A stretch of DNA of 52,633 nucleotides from Candidatus Eiseniibacteriota bacterium (lineage in GTDB: Bacteria; Eisenbacteria; RBG-16-71-46; SZUA-252), in NCBI GenBank assembly GCA_031397435.1, contig JANNMC010000080.1:1-52633 (forward strand), given 5' to 3'. A program made the translations under genes and the position numbers. Shown in pieces: positions 1 through 9,491 of this stretch; the first letter of the stretch is position 1, and the number at the start of each line of letters is the position of its first letter. The notes under the pieces were generated by a model. The model had not been told where the DNA came from, searched no databases, and saw nothing but the letters and a program-made list of their open reading frames with translations.

Positions 1-350
1 AGAAAATTTATTTTTTTCGTTGCTACAAAAACTACCCCTAAAGTCGCTCGTTCCAGAAGTCAGAGGATTTTAGAAAATACTGAACTGAATAAAAAATTGC
101 GATGCCAATAAAATGCTATCCAAGTTTAGGCTATCAACTGAGCTTTTAGTTCTTGAATTTCTATTTCGAGGGTTTCTAACATGAAATTCGACTGTGTGCT
201 GACGATTTTACCGAAAATTTAGGATTTTTCGCCAAACTATTCAATTCTGAGAATAGTATAGTTCGTTTTGAAACGTTAATATTTTCAAATTATAAGGAGC
301 TTAGCATATGAGTAATTTCTGCATAAAAGCCATCTTGGTTCTTTTTGTTC
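1..350. other. AT-rich segment compositionally foreign to the rest of the window
   Basis: Hand count 97 G+C in nt 1-300 (~32%) versus roughly 70% downstream; shift at about nt 350. Confidence 0.9.
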
Positions 351-394
351 TGTCCGCCCCCCTCGGGCGGGAAGTAATCAAGTCGCTGAACTAG
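308..394 (+). CDS. 28-aa ORF MSNFCIKAILVLFVLSAPLGREVIKSLN; signal-peptide-like, probably the truncated 5' end of a foreign secreted-protein gene
   Basis: AAGGAG (294-299) 8 nt before ATG 308; Lys plus hydrophobic core; TAG 392-394; spans the GC transition. Confidence 0.35.
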   Translation: MSNFCIKAILVLFVLSAPLGREVIKSLN

Positions 395-414
395 CAGGGA
401 AGCTTCGATGAAAT

Positions 415-497
<83 letters not shown>

Positions 498-503
498 CAC
501 CGT

Positions 504-543
504 GGGTCCCTTCCCCGCGAGGGGAGGGGACCCGAATTTTTTT
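504..543 (+). terminator. Rho-independent terminator after tRNA-Leu
   Basis: GGGTCCCTTCCCC-GCGA-GGGGAGGGGACCC hairpin followed by GAA and T7. Confidence 0.9.
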
Positions 544-575
544 AACGCCAGGTGTCGCGCGGGATGAACTCCGGC

Positions 576-800
576 TCAGGCGCCGGGGCGTGAAGGCTGG
601 GGCTCCGGAATGATTCCGATCAGACGAATGGAAAAGCGGTCCTCGGCGCGGATCTCGTTCTTCGCGCCGCAGTGCTGGCAGCGAAGATAGGGACGCCGGG
701 GATCCTCCTTGAGATGGAAGATCTGATTCGCACCGAAGAGTTTTCCGCAGCGCATGCACTCCACTGCCGGATTGCTGACCATCTGGGCGCTCTCCACCAT
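576..800 (-). CDS. Small zinc-ribbon protein (74 aa)
   Basis: CMRC...CQHC motifs; GGAGG SD 7 nt before ATG; natural-looking composition unlike neighbouring shadow ORFs. Confidence 0.75.
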   Translation of the reverse strand: MVESAQMVSNPAVECMRCGKLFGANQIFHLKEDPRRPYLRCQHCGAKNEIRAEDRFSIRLIGIIPEPQPSRPGA

Positions 801-869
801 GAACGTTCCTCCGAAGTCGGGATGGCGGTCGACGGCCGCGCGCGCGGCGCGGCGGCTCGAACGAGGACC

Positions 870-898
870 ATCCTAGCGAAGCCGCACGGCCGCGTCCA
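870..898 (-). promoter_or_regulatory. Putative sigma70 promoter for the Zn-ribbon gene
   Basis: Minus strand TGGACG-N17-TAGGAT. Confidence 0.4.
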
Positions 899-925
899 GC
901 GCACCGGCGCCTCGGAGCGATCCCG

Positions 926-1744
926 ATGAATTACGACGCCAGCCGCGCCGCGGACTACTGGAGCGGCGCGCGCCACGAGCGGGGTGATGAACTGGCAGCC
1001 GTGCTGAGCCTGGGCGAGCCGCCCGCGGTCAATCGGGCCTACGACGCCTGGGAGACCGGGCTACTCCTGGAGTCGCTGGGAGAGATGCCGGTGAAGCGCG
1101 CCCTCGATCTGGGGGCCGGCGTGGGGCGCGTCTCGGAGCGTCTGGCGCCACGGGCCGGCCGCCTCGCCTGCGCCGATCTGGCCCCGGGCATGCTGGAGCG
1201 CCTGCGGCGAAGGCTCCAGAGCGCCGGGATCGCCGACAACTCTTACGACCGGCTCCGCCACCGCGCCGACCTCCTGCCGTACCGCGACGCCTCCTTCGAC
1301 CTGGTCGTCTGTCTCGGGCTCTTGGAGCACCTGCCGGCCGACACGCGCTCACGTGCGCTCGGTGAGACGTCGCGCGTGCTCCGTCCCGGCGGCGTGCTGG
1401 CGCTGGTGCTCAACAACGCCGAAAGCCGTTTTCTGGGCGATCCCCAGGACAATCCCTATCGCGTCGGGGCGCAGCGTGAGAACGGCTACTTCTGCGCGGT
1501 GGTGGATGAACGCTCGCTCCTGCAAGAGGCCTCCCGGTGGTTCGATCCCGAGTCGCTTGGATCGAACGTCTTCTACTCGCTTCAGCGCCACGCGGCCAGG
1601 CTCTTGCCGGACGACGTCCGCGCCTCGGTTCCCGTCGGAGCCTTCTTCGCCGCGTCGGCGCGCTGGGATCAGGCGCTTCGCCCGCTCGGCGGCTTGGCCA
1701 GGGCGTCCGCCGACCATCATCTCTATCTCCTGAGGCGCCGTTGA
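926..1744 (+). CDS. Class I SAM-dependent methyltransferase
   Basis: Motif I ALDLGAGVG, D at end of beta2 (ADLAPGML), LPYRDASFDLVVC, RVLRPGG. Confidence 0.9.
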   Translation: MNYDASRAADYWSGARHERGDELAAVLSLGEPPAVNRAYDAWETGLLLESLGEMPVKRALDLGAGVGRVSERLAPRAGRLACADLAPGMLERLRRRLQSAGIADNSYDRLRHRADLLPYRDASFDLVVCLGLLEHLPADTRSRALGETSRVLRPGGVLALVLNNAESRFLGDPQDNPYRVGAQRENGYFCAVVDERSLLQEASRWFDPESLGSNVFYSLQRHAARLLPDDVRASVPVGAFFAASARWDQALRPLGGLARASADHHLYLLRRR

Positions 1745-2715
1745 GCCGTGCTCCGGTCGTCGTCACGGGCGGGGCGGGATACATCGGGTCGATTCTCGTC
1801 CGCCGATTGCTGTCCGCGGGGGAGCACGTCCGGGTTGTCGATCGCATGCTCCACGGGGCGCACGGGCTCGTGGGTCTCGAGGGAGAAGCGCGGCTCGGCA
1901 TCGTGACGCGCGACCTCCGCGATCCGCGCACGCACGACGAAGCGATGGAAGGCGCGGATACCGTGATCCATCTCTCCGCGATCGTAGGGGACAAGGCCTG
2001 CGCGCAGGACGAGGAGGTCGCGGTTCAAACGAACTGGACGGCCACCGTCGCCTTCGCTCGCCGCGCCGCCGCCCTCGGCGTGCGGCGCTTCGTCTTCGCC
2101 TCCACCTGCAGCGTCTACGGCGAGGGGAGAAATGAACTTCTCACGGAGACGTCGCCCGTCCGCCCGCTCTCGCTCTATGCGGAGACGCGCCGGCATGCCG
2201 AGATCGGCATTCTGGAACTCGTGGGCAAAGAACCCTTCGAGCCGGTGATCCTCCGTTTTGGAACGGTCTACGGCCTCTCCCCACGGATGCGATTCGACCT
2301 CGTGGTGAATCTCCTCACGCTTCGCGCCGTGCGGAACGGGGAGATCACCATCTTCGGCGGCTCGCAGTGGCGTCCCTTCGTCCACGTCGCCGATATCGCG
2401 CGTGCGCTGGAGCTGGCCCTGAGCGAGACGCTTCCGCTGGAGGGGGAACCCATTCTCAACGTGGGGGACAACCTCGAGAATTATCAGCTTCGCGATCTGA
2501 AGGAGGAGTATGAGCGCGTCATCCCCGGGGTTCGCGTGCGGATGGCCGAGGAGGCGACCGACCCCCGAACCTACCGGGTTTCGTTCGACCGGATCGAGCG
2601 TCTCTGGGGATTTCGCGCTTCCCGCCGCGTGCCGGACGGCATCCTGGAAATCGCGAACGCGATTCGCGCCGGCGCGATCCCCGATCCCGATCATCCGCGA
2701 TACGTCAACGCCTGA
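1741..2715 (+). CDS. NAD-dependent epimerase/dehydratase (extended SDR, NDP-sugar)
   Basis: TGGAGYIG, HLSAIVGD, FASTCSVYG, LRFGTVYG, QWRPFVHV; TTG start overlapping upstream TGA. Confidence 0.9.
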   Translation: MSRAPVVVTGGAGYIGSILVRRLLSAGEHVRVVDRMLHGAHGLVGLEGEARLGIVTRDLRDPRTHDEAMEGADTVIHLSAIVGDKACAQDEEVAVQTNWTATVAFARRAAALGVRRFVFASTCSVYGEGRNELLTETSPVRPLSLYAETRRHAEIGILELVGKEPFEPVILRFGTVYGLSPRMRFDLVVNLLTLRAVRNGEITIFGGSQWRPFVHVADIARALELALSETLPLEGEPILNVGDNLENYQLRDLKEEYERVIPGVRVRMAEEATDPRTYRVSFDRIERLWGFRASRRVPDGILEIANAIRAGAIPDPDHPRYVNA

Positions 2716-2737
2716 GGAAGCAGCGAGGGGAATCCGC

Positions 2738-2766
2738 TTGCCGGACCGCGCCCGGTTCGCTAGCGT
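2738..2766 (+). promoter_or_regulatory. Putative sigma70 promoter for transketolase genes
   Basis: TTGCCG-N17-TAGCGT in the intergenic gap; GGAGG SD before ATG 2833. Confidence 0.5.
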
Positions 2767-2832
2767 AAGCCTCCGTCGACCTGGTTCGCGGCCACGGCCG
2801 CGAGGAGCCACCGCCTTGGAGGATGGAACCGC

Positions 2833-3735
2833 ATGCCGCGGCTGGAACTAACGGTTGATCAGCTTCGAGATCGCGCGCTCCTCGTCCGGCGTGACATCGT
2901 CACGCTGCTGGCTCATTCCCAGAGCGGGCATAGCGGCGGGCCGCTCTCCTGCGCCGACTTCGGCACCGTGCTCTTCTTTCACGAAATGGCGCTGACGCCT
3001 GACCGGCCCACCGCCGACGATCGCGATCTCTGGCACTTCTCCATCGGGCACGTCACACCGGTCATCTACTCGCTGATGGCCGAGCGGGGATACTTCCCGC
3101 TCGCCGACCTCCTCCAGTTCCGGAGCTATCAAGGGCACCTGCAGGGGCATCCCAGCAAGCACGACACCCCCGGCATCGACGTGTCGGCGGGATCGCTGGG
3201 ACAGGGGCTCTCGGTCTCGTGCGGCATGGCGCTGGGGGCCCGAATGGACGGCACGCCGAGGCGCGTCTACTGCGTCATGGGCGACGGGGAGCAGCAGGAA
3301 GGGCAAATCTGGGAGGCCGCCATGTTCGCGGCCCACTACAAGCTCGACAACCTCTGCGCGGTGATCGACTACAACCGAAAGCAGATCGACGGCGACGTGG
3401 AGGACGTGATGGGAATCGCACCGCTCGCCGACAAGTGGCGCGCCTTCCGCTGGAATGTCATCGAAGCGGATGGCCACGACATCCCGAGCCTCCTCGACGC
3501 CTTCGCGCAGGCGCGCCAGGCAAAGGCCCGCCCTAGCGTCATCCTGGCGCACACGGTGATGGGGAAGGGTGTTTCGTACATGGAAGACGACTACCGGTGG
3601 CACGGCGTCCCACCCACGAAAGAACAGGCCGATCAGGCGCTGCGCGAACTCGGTTCGAGCCTGGACGCGTGGACGAATCGTCTCCGCGCGCACGCCACGC
3701 CGGCCGTGGCCCCTTCCGTGAACGGAGCCGCATGA
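2833..3735 (+). CDS. Transketolase, N-terminal (TPP-binding) subunit
   Basis: SGHSGG, LQGHP, GSLGQG, GDGE..EGQIWEA...N, HTVMGKG, WHG. Confidence 0.95.
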   Translation: MPRLELTVDQLRDRALLVRRDIVTLLAHSQSGHSGGPLSCADFGTVLFFHEMALTPDRPTADDRDLWHFSIGHVTPVIYSLMAERGYFPLADLLQFRSYQGHLQGHPSKHDTPGIDVSAGSLGQGLSVSCGMALGARMDGTPRRVYCVMGDGEQQEGQIWEAAMFAAHYKLDNLCAVIDYNRKQIDGDVEDVMGIAPLADKWRAFRWNVIEADGHDIPSLLDAFAQARQAKARPSVILAHTVMGKGVSYMEDDYRWHGVPPTKEQADQALRELGSSLDAWTNRLRAHATPAVAPSVNGAA

Positions 3736-4727
3736 GCCAGCCCACTCCGGTGACGCCCGCGGCTTCCGGCGCGGCGCCCTCCCTGACGAAACCTGAAATG
3801 AAGAAGACCCGCGAGGGCTTCGGCCACGGGCTGGTCTTCCTGGGCGAGACGAACCCGAACATCGTGGTACTGGTCGGCGACCTCTCCGGATCGACGAACG
3901 TCATTTATTTCGCCGATCGGTTCCCCGAGCGTTTCATCCAGGTCGGCATCGCCGAGCAGAACATGATGTGTGTCGCGGCCGGGCTCGCGGCGGTCGGAAA
4001 GATTCCCTTCCTGGCCACCTACGGAGCGTTTGCCTCCTGCCGCGCGGCGGATCAGATCCGCGTCACAGTAGCCTACACCGACCTCCCGGTGAAGATCGGC
4101 GGCGCGCACGGCGGGATCAGCGTCGGCCCCGATGGCGCGACCCACCAAGCGATGGAGGAGATCGCGATCATCCGATCGATCCCCAACATGCGGATGGTGG
4201 TCCCCTGCGACTATTGGGAAACACGGAAGGCTACGATCGCCATGGCGGGAGACCGCCACCCTTACTACCTTCGCTTTGGCAGGGAGTCGGTGCCCGTCGT
4301 CACCACGCCCGACTCGCCATTCACCATCGGGAAGGCGAACGTCATGCGCGAGGGGAATGACCTCGCGATCATCGCCTGCGGCGTGATGGTCTACGAGGCG
4401 CTCGTGGCCGCCGAGCAACTGTCGGCGCGCGGCATCCAGGCCCGCGTCCTGAACATGCACACGTTGAAGCCGCTCGACGAGGAAGCGATCGCCCGGGCCG
4501 CGCGCGAGTGCGGCGCGATCGTGACGGCGGAAGAGCATCAGGTGCACGGTGGTCTCGGAAGCGCGGTGGCGGAAGTCGTGGTGACGAAGCATCCGGTGCC
4601 GATGGAGTTCGTCGCGGTCCGCGACCGCTTCGGGCGTTCCGGAAAGCCCGAGGAGCTGATGGCGGCGTTCGGGATCAAGTCGCCGGACATCCTCATGGCC
4701 GCCGAGAGGGTTCTCGGCAGGAAGTAA
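3732..4727 (+). CDS. Transketolase, C-terminal (pyrimidine-binding) subunit
   Basis: GIAEQNM, GPDGATHQ, YLRFGR, KPLD, EEHQVHGGLGS; ATGA overlap with N-subunit. Confidence 0.95.
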   Translation: MSQPTPVTPAASGAAPSLTKPEMKKTREGFGHGLVFLGETNPNIVVLVGDLSGSTNVIYFADRFPERFIQVGIAEQNMMCVAAGLAAVGKIPFLATYGAFASCRAADQIRVTVAYTDLPVKIGGAHGGISVGPDGATHQAMEEIAIIRSIPNMRMVVPCDYWETRKATIAMAGDRHPYYLRFGRESVPVVTTPDSPFTIGKANVMREGNDLAIIACGVMVYEALVAAEQLSARGIQARVLNMHTLKPLDEEAIARAARECGAIVTAEEHQVHGGLGSAVAEVVVTKHPVPMEFVAVRDRFGRSGKPEELMAAFGIKSPDILMAAERVLGRK

Positions 4728-4736
4728 CGTTCGGGG

Positions 4737-5478
4737 TCAGCCCGTGAACGACCCCGGAGGCACACGAGGCGCGGAAAGAAGTCCGGCAAGCGATCGGACT
4801 CCCAGCGGCTCGCTGCTGTGAAACGGTTCCCCGTATGTCGCCCCGATCATTCCCCCGTAGTAGCGTGCGCGCGATTCGATCCGATCGAGAAAGTCGTCGG
4901 CGTTGAGCGGTGTCGGCCGGGCGTCCGCGTCGGCGCGTGTGACCTGCGTGGCGTGCGCGAGGATGGCGCGGCGCTTCGCGTCCCAGGCTTCGGTCACGTC
5001 GACGACGAAGGAGGGGATGAACCCCACGCGTGACGCGAAGTGGTAGCGCATCGCCGGGCGAAAGGGAGCCGTCTCCGGGGCATACCGGCGGAGCCCGGCC
5101 AGATACCACGCGCGTTCGAGAAGCGCGGACGCGGCGACGTGGTCGGGATGGCGGTCCTGATGGAAGTGGGTGAGCAGGATCGCGGGACGAAGGCGCCGGA
5201 TCGAGGCAACGGCCTCGGCCACCTGCCGGGCATCGCCGGCGTCGAGGCCGCCGTCCGGAAGCCCGGAGTTCCACCGACCGCGGGCGCCCAGGATGCGAGC
5301 AGCCTCGTCGCCTTCGCGGGCGCGCTCCTCGGGAGTTCCATTCGTCGCGAGTTCGCCACGGGTCAGATCGAGAATGCCGACGGAGAGTCCCTGGGACGCC
5401 GCGAGCGCGAGCGTGCCGCCGCAGGATATCTCCACGTCGTCCGGGTGGGCCCCGACCGCGAGGAAGTCGAGGGAGTCG

Positions 5479-5498
<20 letters not shown>
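4737..5498 (-). CDS. bshB1: PIG-L/LmbE deacetylase, bacillithiol biosynthesis BshB1-like
   Basis: GAHPDDVE, DLTRGELATNGTPEERARE, DRHPDH, P.FVVDVT, R.YGGMIG..YGEPF. Confidence 0.8.
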
Positions 5499-6471
<973 letters not shown>

Positions 6472-6489
6472 GGCCCCCCCGATGGGCGA

Positions 6490-6825
6490 CTAGCGCTTCG
6501 GCTCTTCGAACACGGACGCGTCGACTTCGTCCCAATCGCTCTGCACCTCGTTCCAGGTGTAGAGCCGCATCTTCTGGGTCATCTCCGTCTTGGAGAAGAC
6601 GTACTCGACGTGCGATCCGGCCCCGGCGCGATTGGAGAAGTGCCGCTTGGAGTCGAGGATGACGGGGCGCGTGGTGCGGGTCAGTTTCATGCGGCCCGTG
6701 GGACCCAGCCAGACGACCGATTCGATCGTGGCATGCGTCTCCTCGTCGTCGACTTCGTCGAATTCGAGGTCCCCGAACTGTTTGTCCAGGCGCCGCAGCA
6801 CCTGTTCCCAGCGCAGATCGTTCAT
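6490..6825 (-). CDS. Hypothetical protein (111 aa)
   Basis: GGAG SD before ATG 6825; acidic globular-looking sequence; 18 nt upstream of glpX on same strand. Confidence 0.8.
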   Translation of the reverse strand: MNDLRWEQVLRRLDKQFGDLEFDEVDDEETHATIESVVWLGPTGRMKLTRTTRPVILDSKRHFSNRAGAGSHVEYVFSKTEMTQKMRLYTWNEVQSDWDEVDASVFEEPKR

Positions 6826-6839
6826 CGCATCTCCGAACG

Positions 6840-6873
6840 TTGATCGAATGGCCGCAAGCGCTCTATAGTACCA
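6840..6873. promoter_or_regulatory. Putative bidirectional promoter
   Basis: Plus strand TTGATC-N18-TATAGT (6840-6869); minus strand extended -10 TG-G-TACTAT (6873-6865). Confidence 0.55.
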
Positions 6874-6879
6874 CACACC

Positions 6880-7635
6880 ATGCCGACTCGAAAGACAGCC
6901 GCGCCCGGTCCGACCGGGTTCTCGGGACGCCGTGCGCTCGTGATCGGAGGCTCTCGCGGCCTGGGCCGCGCGGTGGCGCTCGATCTCGCCTGCGCCGGCG
7001 CGAAGGTGCTGGTGGCGGGGCGGACCGAAGCGTCGCTTCGCGAGACGTGCGGTGTGGCGGCGGCGCGGGGGACCACGGTCGAGACGGCGCGGGGCGACGC
7101 GCGGACACGAGCCAGTGTCCGCGCGATGCTCCGCCGATCCGGGGCGCCCGACATTCTCGTCGTGTCGGCGGGGGACTACTGGGAGGGGCCGCTCTCGCGA
7201 TTGTCGGAAAAGCGATGGCGCGATCTCGTCGATTCAAACGTGACGAGCGCGCTCGTGGCGATGCAGGAATCGCTTCCCGGCATGCGGCGCCGCCGCTACG
7301 GGCGGATCCTCCTCTTCGGTGTGGCGGGATGCGACACGCCGCGCGCGGCGCCGCGTGCGCATGCCTATCGCGCGCTCAAGACCGCGCTCCTGACACTGGC
7401 GCGAAGCGTCGCGGTGGAGGAGGCGGAGAATGGGATCACCGTGAACGTGATCCTCCCGGGCATCATCCGCACCCCCGGATTGCCGCGCGCGTGGCGCGAC
7501 GCGGCGGCGAAGGTCCCGGCGCGTCGGCTTGGCACCCCGCACGAGGTGTCGCGAGCCGCGCTATTCCTCCTGGGGGAGGAGTCGGGATACATCACCGGTT
7601 CGGCGCTGGCCGTTTCGGGCGGATTTCTGCTGTAG
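6880..7635 (+). CDS. Short-chain dehydrogenase/reductase
   Basis: IGGSRGLG, YRALK (YxxxK), GITVNVILPG, YITG.ALAVSGG. Confidence 0.9.
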   Translation: MPTRKTAAPGPTGFSGRRALVIGGSRGLGRAVALDLACAGAKVLVAGRTEASLRETCGVAAARGTTVETARGDARTRASVRAMLRRSGAPDILVVSAGDYWEGPLSRLSEKRWRDLVDSNVTSALVAMQESLPGMRRRRYGRILLFGVAGCDTPRAAPRAHAYRALKTALLTLARSVAVEEAENGITVNVILPGIIRTPGLPRAWRDAAAKVPARRLGTPHEVSRAALFLLGEESGYITGSALAVSGGFLL

Positions 7636-7672
7636 CGGTGTCCCGACGGGTCGGACCAGGCGGACCGGTGCG

Positions 7673-7701
7673 TTGACCGGGCATTTTCAAGGTGTTAGCC
7701 T
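7673..7701 (+). promoter_or_regulatory. Putative sigma70 promoter for recJ operon
   Basis: TTGACC-N17-TAGCCT with extended TG. Confidence 0.6.
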
Positions 7702-7751
7702 GATGGGAAGTGGCCGGCTCTCGGCCCGCCCACCCGAGCCCCCGAGGTAGC

Positions 7752-9491
7752 GTGCGTGCCGTAACCCCGAAGACATGGATTGTCCGAAGCGAGGCAGAGC
7801 CCGGCGTCGCCGCGTCGCTCGCCTCCGCCCTGGATGTCACGCCGACGTTCGCGCGCCTCCTTGCCAATCGCGGATTTAGGGACGCCGCGGAAGTCCTTCG
7901 ATTCCTCGAGCCCTCCATGGACCGCCTGCTCGACCCCTTCACGATGCGAGACATGGAATTGGCCGTCGCTCGGATCTGGAAGGCGATCGAGGCCGGGGAG
8001 CAGATCCTGGTCTTCGGGGACTACGACGTGGATGGGATCACGGCGACCTCGCTTCTCTCCTCCTCCCTGGAGGCGATCGGCGCCAAGGTGACCTACTTCA
8101 TCCCCGACCGCATCCGCGACGGTTATGGTCTCAGCGTCCGCGGGGTCGAGATGGCCCGCAAGCGCCGGACCAACCTGATCATCACGGCCGACTGCGGCAT
8201 CACCGCCGTGGCGGAAGTGCGGCTGGCGATGGAACAAGGCATGGAAGTCATCATCACCGACCACCACGAGCCGATCAGCGAGGAACTCCCGAAGGCCGTG
8301 GCGATCCTGAATCCGAAACGGCGCGATTGCCCCTACGCCTTCAAGGACCTCGCGGGCGTCGGCGTCGTGTTGAAATTGGTGCAGGGGTTGAAGGCCTCCC
8401 GTCCGGAGGCGTTCCCGGAGGGGTGGGTCGAGCGAAATCTCGACCTCGTCGCGTTGGGGACCATCGCCGACGTCGTGCCGCTGGTCGGGGAGAACAGGAT
8501 TTTCGCGAAACTCGGGCTCGACCAACTGCACGATTCGCACCGTCCCGGCCTCACCGCGCTGAAGGAAGTCGCCGGCCTGACGGCCCGGCGCATCGAGAGC
8601 GGCCACGTCGCCTACATTCTGGCCCCTCGCATCAACGCGGCCGGCCGCCTGGGAAACGCCGAGAGCGGCGTGCGCCTCCTTCTCTCCACGGAGCGCGGTG
8701 AGGCGCTCTCCATCGCGGAGAGCCTGGAGGAGGACAACACCAATCGGAAGAAGATCGATGAATCGACGCTGGAAGACGCCCTGGAGATGCTGCGGCGCGT
8801 CGGCGCCGAGCTTCCGCCCGCCATCGTCCTCTGGTCCGACCGCTGGCACCCCGGCGTCCTCGGAATCGTGGCATCACGTCTCATGGAGCGCTTTCACCGG
8901 CCCACCATTCTCATTTCGGCGGACGAGGACGAGGGGAAGGGCTCGGGCCGCAGCATCAAGGGATTCGACGTCTGCCAGGCGCTTCAGGAGTGCCGCGCCC
9001 ATCTCGTCGGCTTTGGCGGACATTCCTACGCGGCCGGCCTGACCATCCGCGCGGAGAATCTCGAGGCATTCCGGGATCACTTCTGCCGCGTGGTGGAAGC
9101 GCGGATGCGCCCGGAAGACTATGTGCCGACGCTCGCCATCGACGGCACGCTTCCTCTGGAGGAGTGCAACGAGGACTTGGTCCGCGCCCTGGAGCGTCTG
9201 TCGCCATTCGGAATCGGGAACGCGGAACCGCTCTTCGTGGCCGACAACGTCGTATTCGGAGCGCCGCCCATGGTGGTGAGCAAGAACCACCTGAAGATGA
9301 GCATCCGCCAGAACGGCCGAGACCTCGACTGTATCGGCTTCGGCCTCGGCTACCTCGCGGGATCGCTGCGGGCCGAATCGGGTCGCCTCTCGGTGGCGTT
9401 CGTCCCGACGATCAACGTCTGGCAAAACCGCTCTCGCCTGCAGCTGAAGCTGCGGGACATCCAGGTTCGCCCCGATGGACCCAGCTCCTGA
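7752..9491 (+). CDS. recJ: ssDNA-specific exonuclease RecJ
   Basis: GDYDVDG, PDRIRDGYG, TADCG, TDHH, PRINAAGR, GSGRS, FGGH, PFG.GN; GTG start after GAGG (ATG 7710 alternative). Confidence 0.96.
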   Translation: MRAVTPKTWIVRSEAEPGVAASLASALDVTPTFARLLANRGFRDAAEVLRFLEPSMDRLLDPFTMRDMELAVARIWKAIEAGEQILVFGDYDVDGITATSLLSSSLEAIGAKVTYFIPDRIRDGYGLSVRGVEMARKRRTNLIITADCGITAVAEVRLAMEQGMEVIITDHHEPISEELPKAVAILNPKRRDCPYAFKDLAGVGVVLKLVQGLKASRPEAFPEGWVERNLDLVALGTIADVVPLVGENRIFAKLGLDQLHDSHRPGLTALKEVAGLTARRIESGHVAYILAPRINAAGRLGNAESGVRLLLSTERGEALSIAESLEEDNTNRKKIDESTLEDALEMLRRVGAELPPAIVLWSDRWHPGVLGIVASRLMERFHRPTILISADEDEGKGSGRSIKGFDVCQALQECRAHLVGFGGHSYAAGLTIRAENLEAFRDHFCRVVEARMRPEDYVPTLAIDGTLPLEECNEDLVRALERLSPFGIGNAEPLFVADNVVFGAPPMVVSKNHLKMSIRQNGRDLDCIGFGLGYLAGSLRAESGRLSVAFVPTINVWQNRSRLQLKLRDIQVRPDGPSS

